From: the human T2T-CHM13v2.0 reference genome, Homo sapiens
Reading direction: 5' to 3' (one strand)
Assembly (NCBI RefSeq): GCF_009914755.1
Contig: NC_060931.1
DNA: 64,000 nt
Shown here: one piece after another, positions 53,486 to 64,000 of the stretch
Layout of the letters: each line of letters opens with the position of its first letter
Numbering within the stretch: position 1 is the stretch's first letter
Notes under the pieces: model-generated
Seen by the model: the letters and a program-made list of their open reading frames with translations, nothing else
Told to the model about the DNA's origin: nothing
The model's database searches: none
Made by a program: the position numbers and the translations under genes

Positions 53486-54469
53486 GGTGGTGGTTGGTAG
53501 ATATTTCAAATTATAAACACCTATAGATAAAGATTACTTTGATGTTAGTATAATTTTGGGATACTTTGATCTATTTCATTTTGATAAATTCAGTTCATCT
53601 AAGGAGAAATATTGAGCATATTTTTAAAAAGTAAAAGGTTAAATGAATTTAAAACAAATTTCCCTATGTCAAATATTTTAAATGTGTCTATATTTTGAGT
53701 GCAAGAATCAAGCAGAAAATTCTGATTTGAACTCAATTTCTACTAACTGAAATCATCTTAGAGCAAAAATTTTTTCCAGAATAAGATTATTTCTTTTAAA
53801 AAGGATTAACACACTAAAATATCTAGTTTGAAATTCCAATATGTACTAGGTAGCACTTTAAAACATACACAATGCAATAATTTTTCAGGTACATAGTCAA
53901 AAAGTTCAAGATTCAAAGTCATCTAAGAAATATGAAATTTATAAACCATAATGTGTAGAAATATAAAATTTATATTTGGATTTACTGTATTTTAATCTAT
54001 GATAACTTACACACTCATTTTTATATTATTATTAAGGGCAAGAACTACAGCTTTTATTTTCAATTCATAGCATAATCCTGGCACAAAATAATTGTGCAAG
54101 TGACATTTTTTGAACGTATAAATTAATCAATTTATATAATAACTCAACAAAACATGAGTTAAATTCAAGATAATGGCTGTTTTATTCTTATAGGCTATTC
54201 ATCTACATTTTACAATATGAGTCTAGCTCTCTAAAACAATGTGATTACCTGTGAAGAATATATGTTATTTAAAAATCTTAAAATTGTTTTAATGAGTGAG
54301 ATAAACTTAAAAGCTTCACGTATGCCCATAGCAAATATCGTAATTATAATCAAAATAATTAAATATCAAGCAATATGATGGTGATTTTAAACTATGTTAT
54401 TCTATTTGCCTAATTACCATTACAGTTTAAATGTACTGTTTTCTCTAGTTGTCTTCAAGATATTTTGTC

Positions 54470-55110
54470 TTTACAGTTCTGAAGTATCATTAGAGTGTGT
54501 ATTTATCATATTTATCTGACTGATAAATGTTGTACTTCCAATGATTATAGAATCATTCCTGTCATCAGGTCTAAAAAGTTATCAGCCATTAGCTCTATTT
54601 TATTTTCCTTCTACTCTGTTGAAATGCATTTAGAAAGTCTCATTCTACCCTTCCTATCACTTAGTATTCTTTTTCATACATCTTTCCATTCACTAATTCT
54701 CCTTTAACTATGTTTAAGTTGGGGATTAATATGTCTAGTGAATTTCTTATTTCACAATTATACTTTTTATTTCAGGAAGTAAATAATTTTTCTCTTTATT
54801 TTGATAGTTTCTTGATACGTGTGTATGTTTTAATGAGGATGTATTTTTCTTAATTGCATATGTAGATACTCCACTTTTTATCTGATTACTGAAACTTCTG
54901 TAGTTTCTTGGAGCTTAACTTGTTGCTTTTGGATTTAATTAACTCTTATCATTGTGGTATGCTTTATAGCGTATTTGGTAATCTGTGTTGATGAGTTTAT
55001 TGCTCAGTTTTATTATATGGGAGTCTTGCAGGAATAATTTAAAATAAGAACTTAAAAAAAATTCTGTTAGTAGCTTGAGGGTACCCCCAACCTAAGACCA
55101 TTTTGGTACC
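54470..55110 (-). mobile_element. Ancient L1 (L1ME-type 5' region) fragment
   Basis: T-rich antisense L1-like sequence: aagttatcagccattagctct, gtgaatttcttatttca. Confidence 0.45.
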
Positions 55111-55752
55111 CTTGAGAATTACAGATTAGGTAATAAATAAAACATTTAGCTTCCCCACATGTATTTTCATCCAAAGTTTAGCCTACTAAGAAGGAATCCA
55201 ACCAAAGGGCAACCCCCATCCTCCAGCTGCTGGCTAGTTTGGGAAAGTTCCCTGCAGCTTTGACTTCCTGCCTCTGTGGTTCCATCTCCAAGTTGCTAAA
55301 GCCTAATGAGAAAAAAAAATGGTAAATATCCATATCATCTCTTATGATGAAAAGCTATTATGTTTTCAAAACTTAACTAAACACCCTTAGAGGAAATGTT
55401 GAAAAGGTTTTTGTTTCCCATTTTTTCCCCTTTGAATTAATGGAGATCTATCTATCTATCTATCTACCGTTAGATTACATAGGTAAAACATAACTTTCGT
55501 TAAGAATTATTTGGGGACTCAGATCTATCTCAAAAAATTCTTGATATTTATATTTTACTTACTTTAGATATGTGAAATATTTCTGGACATATAGAACCCT
55601 TCCTGCATCCCTAAGCACAAAGATGAGCCATGATTTATAAAAACAAACAAAATCACTACAAGTCCTAAATAGACAGAAGTTAATAATTAATACAGTCATT
55701 TTAATCTAGATTTGGGATTCCTAGCAGCACACAGAGTTATAAGGATATACAC

Positions 55753-56221
55753 TGTGGTAGGCTGAAAAATGTCCTTCTAAAATATATCATGTCCTAATCC
55801 TGGCAACCTATAAATGTTACCTTCTATGGATAAAAGTAATCTTTACAGATGTGATTAAAGTAAGAATCTTGAGATGTGTAAATTGTCCTAGTATGGGTGA
55901 GCCCTAAATGCAATCACATGTGTTCTTGTAATAGTGAAGCAGAAGGGGATTTTACATAAACAAAGCCAAATATGTTTATGTTTGAGCCAAATACACTCAA
56001 AGAAGCCAGAATTGGAGTGCCACAGCCACTAGAAGCTAGAAGAGGCAAGGAATAGATTCGACCCTAGAACCGCCAGAGTGAATGCAGCCCTGATAATAAC
56101 TCTTAGCACAATAAGAGTGACTTCAGACTGCTGGCATCTGAACTGTGAGGTAACAAATTTCTGTTTTTTTAAGCCATAAAATTTTGGTAATTTGTTACAG
56201 CAGCCACAGGAAATTAATACA
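55753..56221 (+). mobile_element. MLT1C/D MaLR solo LTR
   Basis: tgtggtaggctgaaaaatg...gaagctagaagaggcaaggaa...gaactgtgag...ttgttacagcagccacaggaaattaataca. Confidence 0.88.
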
Positions 56222-56716
56222 CATGCGTACATACACAAGTGAGGTATAAATCACTGCTATATTTAAGATACTAGATTCAGAGAAGCATAATATCAAAAAC
56301 TCTAATTTTTTATGCACAGGTCATTTTTAAAAGATCAGTTTTTTAATTATTCAAGAAAACTACAAAAGCCTTGAAATACATTACTTCAGAAAAAATAAAT
56401 CTCCTTGTTTTATTACTGATCTTTCTTGTTTAGAAAACTAACTTTTAAGGCTACTTTCATTGTTATTTGCTCATTGTTTTCTTGTCTGGGAGATGATGAC
56501 ATAAAATCAATGAAGTGTTTGTTTTTGTTGCCAAAAGCCTAATGTGAAGAAATAAAATCTACTTAGGATGAAGTTGGTCCTTTTTACAACAAATAGCTTT
56601 TATTTTTAAGCCATGTTATGTGCCTATGAAAGGAAAATTTGGATTATAGGAAGAAAACAATGGGATTTTATTTCTAAGTACTTGCAAACATAACAATAGC
56701 CAATACAGTAGGCTAA

Positions 56717-57020
<304 letters not shown>

Positions 57021-57397
57021 AGTAAAAAATTCTTAAAACAAAGACATAGAAAATAATATTTTGATAAACTAGTAATCGTCAATAAAAATTATTAGAAAGA
57101 GGACTTTTAACTCTTATTTACTGTTGAAATTTCATAAATCCAATTCAGTTAATTCAAACTAAGACTACACTTTTAAATTTCCTTTATAAGGGAAAAGTAA
57201 AAGAAAACCAAAAACCCTCAATATTTATTACATTTGATTATATATTAAGAGACACAAAATGTAACTCACTATGACATAGTCCATCAATTACTATCAATAT
57301 CTCCAATGGGCATAATAGTAGAAAATAGAAAAGCAAACAATGCTTTGAACTTCAGTGCTGCCCTGAAGATTTTAGTAAATAAATGCTGTCAACCATT

Positions 57398-57989
57398 GTA
57401 AAAATCTGTTAAGCTAAAGAACAGTCCCCCAGGCCGTCCTCAATTTTAACACTAACTGCAAGTCAGGAGAAGGTCCCTAACCTCATGCTCATGTCTGATA
57501 ATTTGCTAGAAGGACTCCAGATGATTATGGAAAGTGATTATACTCCTGGTTACAGTTTATTACAGTGAAAAGATACATATTAAACTAGGCCAATGGAAGA
57601 GATGGATGGGACAGAGCCCAGAAAAGTTCCACATGAATTTCCAGTTGCTCTGTCCCAGTGGGTCATGAATAGTGCTGACTTCCTGGCAATGCTGTATGAC
57701 AATGCATGCAGAATGTTGCCATCCAGGGAAGCACACTACAGCCTTTGTGTTGAGAGTTTTATTGGGTATGGGTCCCCTAAGCCTGGTTATTCACTCATAT
57801 GGTTAACCATAGTTCCCATACCCCACTTTGAATCACATTGTTAAACTATCTAATGTGGCCCAATGGTCCCAGGTAAACAAAATTGGTTTTATCAGGCATG
57901 ACATTCCAAGGGCTTAAAGATCACCTCCTAGGAGCCAAGGGTGAAGACCAGATCTCTTTTTACGTAAAGTTAATTTTTTTTACTACACA
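57398..57989 (-). mobile_element. ERVL solo LTR (MER68/MER77/MER21 group)
   Basis: gataatttgctagaaggactc...tatactcctggttacagtttattacagtgaaaagataca...ccagatctc...tttactacaca. Confidence 0.75.
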
Positions 57990-59544
57990 TCTTCCTAATT
58001 TTTCTCATGCTGAGCAATTTCTTTATTTCGACTGTTGCAAAATAAGGTCAAATTCCAATGCTCTTCATTTTTACTCACCCTTATGCTCTTTTATTCTCTC
58101 TAACAGCCCAAAAACATGCACAATTCAAATGAAACATTGCTTCTAAATGCTTATTTGGGAGTTGAAAAGCTATGTCTATTTTTAAAGCATGTATTTACCA
58201 CAAACTGTGCTAGAAGTTCACATGCCAGGAGATAAACTGGATTTTTCAGGTATTTGTTTAGATGCAAATTGCCTAGTTGTAACCAGTTTCTCAAAACACT
58301 ATTTTTCAGCCATGTGTACATTAATGTAATGAGATGACTGTTATTTCAGTTCAAAATAAGAACTTTTCATACTAACCAAATGTTGCTGATGTACCTCTTA
58401 AACATTAAGCACAGTGCTACCAGAGAAAATAAATCATCGTGTAAGTAAGAATATGTGAAAATATCTTAGAAAACCTAACTTTTTATCCATCCATATAGAC
58501 AAAATTTTAAAGAAAAATAAATAAATAAAACAAAAGGAAGATAAATGGTCTAAGTACAGAATCAGCACAGGTAGTGAGACAGAATATAATTGTGCCCATT
58601 TGTAAAACTTTCTTGATGAAATAATAGATAAGCACAGTTGTAATAGAGTAGGTGCACTGTATCCAAGTGTTTTTGTTTGAGATTATTCATCCAGTCTTAA
58701 ACAAGAGTCTTAAAGAGTTGAAACAAGCCCCATCAGTAGAGGGTGTTAGATGATTTATTTTACAATTATAAACTCAATTTAAAGTTTGAAAGCTTTAGAA
58801 TAATTAGTGAAGTATACTGTTTTTTTTTCCAGAATGGGTATTATATTGGTAAAATAATGGTTTTGAACAGCACTTTTTCCATATGGTCAAAGTTATTTTC
58901 CTTACACTTTGAATATTTCTGATTCTCAGGCACAGATTACATTAATCAGTCATGACTGATGTGGACTGATTTTGTGGACAAGTTTAGAAGAAAAGGGAGA
59001 ATAATCTGAATCCTTTAGATGTTAATTGCTTTGGTATTTCTCCCTAAAATTGAATGTGTCCTTAGATAGCTGGGATAGTTTGTGCTGTGAGCTAATCTTT
59101 GAAGAATTCATTTCATATCAATTTAAAGAGCACATTTTTTATTTTCTATTTAAATGATTAAAATTCAGTCCTTGAGAATGCTAACTAATACAGGGTGATA
59201 TTTAACCTGTTTAACAACTGAGGCGAATTGTCTAACTGCTAATCAGAACAGATGCTGGTGTATCTTAAAAATTAAACTTACAAAACCTACACTGATATTA
59301 CGGTAACAATTCAGTCTTTCACAAAAATGTGTTGATCCAAAATAAGAGGGAAATCTTTATACCTCAATAAAAATGTAATATTAATGGCATATAATAGCAT
59401 AACATAAGTTAAAAATATTCCCAGGATTTTGCTAAAGGGATATTCTTGCTTATCCTTAAAATGACATTTCTTGACTATATTTGGTGTAGTAGGAATATCG
59501 GAAAATGCATCCACCCTAACATTATAGATAATTTGTTAATATTA

Positions 59545-59825
59545 GGAATAATCAATCTGGTATTCTGTACCAGGCACTCTTATGAGAGCTTCATGTAGAT
59601 GAGCCAATTTAATCCTCATGACAACCTTATTAAATTAATATAATACAGCAACCTTATGATGATGACGTAGGTAGTAATATTATCACCATTTTATGGATGA
59701 AGAAAAGAAAGTACACAGAAGTTGAGTAATTGAGCAAGCTCACACAACTAGTAAGTTGCCAGCTGGAGATCAAACCTAAGGAAACTATCTCCAGAGTCAA
59801 TTACCTGATAGCTATGCTGTTCGGC
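59545..59825 (-). mobile_element. MIR SINE
   Basis: tgtaccaggcact...tttaatcctcatgacaacct...ccattttatggatgaagaaa...ctcacacaactagtaagt. Confidence 0.85.
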
Positions 59826-61084
59826 ACTTCCCCACTTTTAGGAAGGGCTTATGCTATTATGCTCAAAGTGTTTCCTTCTTTTCAGTTCTTCTGCTTTTAA
59901 CCTTGGTTTTATAAGACTTAAACATTTTCTTCTGCTTTTTTTTTTTTTTACTTTACAAAAGATAAAGTAAAATAAAATGTTAAGCAAGGACTATAAACAC
60001 AAACTAATATTTTTGGGAAAAATTGAAATATAAAGCATTTCACAAGACATCAAAATTTTAATTACTCAGGTGCAGTGACTTGCATCATTACCTGGCCAGC
60101 TTTTCTAGAACTTTTACATGATGCCAAAGGAACTGTTAGCTTTGCCAAAAAGTGGCTATTTGCTACCCAGTGATGACAATTACCTGTCTCCTCCTTTTCA
60201 AATTCTTAATCTCCAAATGGGAAGTATTGTCAGCCAATTTTATAGATGTCCTTATTTGAGGAAAGGGCATCAAATCCATAGATTATGTCGAGCAGTGAAT
60301 ATGTCAGCAAACCAAGCCCACAACATAGAGAGTAAATAACACGTGGGACGGTGCCCAACAGGCAGCAAAGTCAAGTGATGGCTGCCAAGCAATAGTTGCT
60401 TGATCAAAGGCAATGGGCCAGGCTCTCAGGATCAGGTTTGGATTAAATGATTAAACTGCTGGGTTGGAAGTGCTCACTGGGATTCCAGCTAAACCTCTGT
60501 GCCCTAAAGGAATCCCCACAGACTGAAGCAGCTGCTACTTCTGCAACAAACCTTGTCAACAACAACAAACAGGCTGAATTCACTTCTATTTCCTTAGCTT
60601 CCTAATTAACACTATGAAACACATTATGCTTTTCTAATCCAGTTTCTATAAAAATGTAGTTGAACTAAATTATTTCTTCTTTGTTTATAAATGTCATCCT
60701 AAATATTCTCAACATTTTCTCAATATGATGCTCTCACTAGCCTCCATCTCTCTACCATATGTGGTAGAAATGAATCGATTTCCTTCCAGGCTACCTTCTT
60801 CCAAAAGTATTTCAGGCAGTTACCTGGGCTGTTCTCCAGATCCCTGCCACAAGCCTTTTTGCTCCCAGCTCTCCAGGGAGACCTTCTGGAAGAACAGGGA
60901 CATTGCAGCCTATGCCCTGTTTTTCTTCTCTAAGTTCTACTGTTCTGACCATCCATAGTGCTCTAAAACAGGACTGTATGCCTGGCTTGTACATAGCATA
61001 AACCTCTACAGTTCTTGGAATTTTTCAAAGTGATACCACCTTTTTGTTTCAGTTATGCTTTAAAGTCTGCTTTTAATTTAAATA

Positions 61085-61200
61085 TACTGTAAATTACTTG
61101 TTAATCTCACTGTACAGATGAAGAAAGGAGGCTCAAAAGGTTAATAGACTTGCTCACGGACACACAGTTAATAGTAGAAGAGCCATTTGTGGCCTCTAGG
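61085..61200 (-). mobile_element. MIR fragment
   Basis: tacagatgaagaaaggaggctcaaaaggttaatagacttgctcacggacacacag. Confidence 0.75.
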
Positions 61201-62054
61201 CTGGTGTTTGCACCAATGAACTAGTTTCCACTTCCAGAATATGTTACAGGCCTCTCTATCTCACTCTGGTACTTAATTCAGCAGGATATAGATAGTATGT
61301 GATCAATAATCCTCAGTGGAGTATATGAATTACCATTCTTAAAATACTATTATACAGTTGAAGTAACCCCTGCAAATCAATAAGCATAACATTTAGTTAA
61401 AGTGGCCCATGTGACTTTCCTCCACAGGAGCCATATTGTCTCCAGTGAAGTAAAATTAATTCTTAGGGAAGAAGACAATAAATTGTATGTACTACAATGA
61501 TTTGTGGCTCAACACCATCTGTTAAAATCGTATTCCTTAGTATTTAATTTTTCTTATTAGGAAGCATTTAATTTAATTTAATTTTTCTCCTTAGATGTGT
61601 GACAATGAAAACATTGAACCCTGACCTAGAGGAAGCTACAATATTGGTGAAAAAATAAACAGTGAAGAGGGGTTCTTTAGTTCTTCCTTTTCTAATAATA
61701 ATATAACAATGCTTTGATTGTTAGATATCTCCAAATCAATCATAGGATTTCATTCATTTAGCAGGTGTTTGTCAAGCACCCACTAAGTGTCTGGGTGCCA
61801 AGTATTATTCTGGCCTATGTGTCAGCATGCTGTGTAAAATGAAGAATGATTCAAAAAGAAAAATACCTGCTCTCCACTCTTTATTGTTAAAGGTAGTTTG
61901 AAATCGACAAGAGGAATAGAGAAGGAACTATCACATACGCATGTGCCATTTGACCATTATTGTAATGAGTGATTTGCCAAGTTAATTCATTTTACACGTG
62001 AGAAAATGTATGAAGCATAAAAGGTTAAGCAACAAGGCAAATTCACCCAGCTGT

Positions 62055-62147
62055 AGGGTGATCAGCTTGTCCTATTTGCCCAGGAATGCCCCAGTTTTAA
62101 ATCTTAAAGTCCTTTATTCCAGATAAGCTGGGAAGTTGATCATGTTG
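62055..62147. mobile_element. MER81 (hAT-Blackjack) MITE nested in a MIR (~61975-62185)
   Basis: tagggtgatcagcttgtcctatttgcccagga...gctgggaagttgatcatg splits the MIR motif cacccagctg | taactggtaaagtcagaag. Confidence 0.7.
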
Positions 62148-63339
62148 TAACTGGTAAAGTCAGAAGAGGATTCAAATTAAAAAACCGGCAGACAAAATAC
62201 AAAAAAAACGGTCTGCTCTGTTGCGCATTTTATGCTGCCTCTTTGACCCAGTTTATTTACCTGGTCAATCTTTCACGAAAGGTTTATTTTCTAGTAATCA
62301 CTTAAAAAAACATAAATACAACAACTAAACATGAAAGTTATCAAATGAAAACATAAATAAATACACCCCCAAAGAATCATTTGGTGATCTTCTTTTCGGG
62401 TGCTGTATTTGCATTCAAAATAAGACGGAGCAAAATTTATCTGTGACATTTGGTATGCTTAAAGGTAATTCAAAAATATCTCTGCTATAAAATATCTCTT
62501 AAAGTGTATAGATAGGGTAAGATCATGTCAGTGGTTGGGAGAGGTAAGGATTGGAGAAGAACACTGCAGGTCTAAAGCAGTGAACAATGGTAGTCAACCA
62601 GGAGCCCATATCCTAACATCACAATCTGGTTGCACTTTGTGCTAAGAACAATCATAATTGTGTAGTCACAAAGCTAAAATCACCATAAATATAGCTGTTC
62701 CCTATTAATCACTATGAACATCTGCAACAATTACTCATGCAGAGAATAATGATTTAGCAGCTGTGCACACTAGAATAAGACTTGTGTAATATTTAGGAAG
62801 ACAGGGATAATGCATATATCATTCTAACAAAAGCTCCAGCATATATGATTTATGATTTTTCCCTTAACGAAGTAATACAAATTATTGCTAGTTGGAGACA
62901 AAAGACACAAGTATATTGCCTTGAGCAATGTCTGTTAATATTTGTTGGTATGCATTTTGTAAATTAATATAACAACCACAAAACAATTTGTGTGTGTGTT
63001 TTGTTGTTTTGGTTTGGTTTTCTGTAGTTTCTTGGAAAGTTTCTCAGAGAAACTTGATTCTGAATTCACATCTACTTAATGGGTATTTTTAAAGTAACGT
63101 GATTTCTTTGCATTCTAATAGTTTAATGGTATTTATTTCCAGTTTAGATTTTATGGTATGTGGTTGAGAGCACAACTCAGGAGTTAGACTCGAGAGCACA
63201 CAAATTGCAAGTCAACCACTGTGATATGTGTGTGGCTCTTCTTTTTCCTTGAGACTTTTCTTACTGGTTGCATTCTTTTTTTATAATCTTTTCTTGCTAA
63301 TTACATTATTTCTTTAACTGTTCGAGTTTATTAATCTGG

Positions 63340-64000
63340 AAAGAAATGCTTCTCCCAACCACAACTCATGCCAACTCCCTTGTTCTATGTCTTCACCCCT
63401 TCACAGCCAAACTTCTTGAGTGTTTTGCATTCAGTTGTTGCATTCATGACCTCTTCTTCCCTACCTCTCTTCCACTCCCCCAACTGCAAAAAACTAATTT
63501 TGCCCCAACTACTTCGCTTATTCTTCAAATCCTCCTCATACCTTAATCTAATAGACAACCGTGTGCCCTGATTTTTCATGTAAAAGCGTTTTACAAAATT
63601 TGGTTTCTATACTCTGTACTGCTTTCTTAAATAGCAAATATACCTTCTAGGTCTGATCAGTATTCTCCTCCTCCAAGGCAATCTCAAAATAAGGATATTC
63701 TTTGGAGTTGCGTTCCCTAATACAATCCCGATCTCATTTATCCGTATAAATCCATTGCCCATTTAAATACTGATGATTCCTATCTTTTTCCGGATTGCTT
63801 CCGGATTGCTTTTCTGTCTCCACAGGTGCATTCCATGGCCAGTGTAAATCGAATGAGCCCAGAACTAAAACTACCAAGAACTCTACTCCCAAGGTAACCT
63901 CAGTTCCCAGCATCCAGGTCTCTGTCCACTACCCCCTAAATTTTAAGTGTCACTCATTCTAATTCTTTAACTCCCAAAAGTCTTTGACCTCATTGAGACC
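63340..64000 (+). mobile_element. L2 body fragment
   Basis: Pyrimidine-rich L2-like sequence: cttcacagccaaacttcttga, tactgatgattcctatc, cccagaactaaaact. Confidence 0.6.

Overview
AT-rich primate genomic DNA, most likely hominoid/human because it carries L1PA2-type and AluY inserts. It looks intergenic or deep-intronic and is dominated by transposable elements: Alu, L1 of several ages, L2, MIR, MaLR/ERV solo LTRs and hAT/mariner MITEs. I find no supportable intact protein-coding gene, RNA gene or CRISPR array, and most ORFs in the supplied track are repeat-derived or chance. The one gene-derived region is at about 46.7-48.5 kb on the minus strand: two tandem, intronless, strongly diverged segments resembling cTAGE5/MIA2 (TANGO1 family). 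The downstream copy keeps a ~199-codon frame broken by a single TAG, retains 3'UTR-like sequence and an AATAAA/A-rich end, and is fused to a MaLR LTR fragment that stops at the usual MaLR splice donor. This suggests a retrocopy of an LTR-driven, spliced transcript of a compact cTAGE-derived retrogene. Other notable structures are local templated insertions, a twin-primed L1PA2, an internally deleted THE1/MST provirus, a split MADE1 and a stack of three hAT MITEs. Subfamily names and protein alignments come from recalled consensus sequences rather than database searches, and boundaries of old repeats are approximate.
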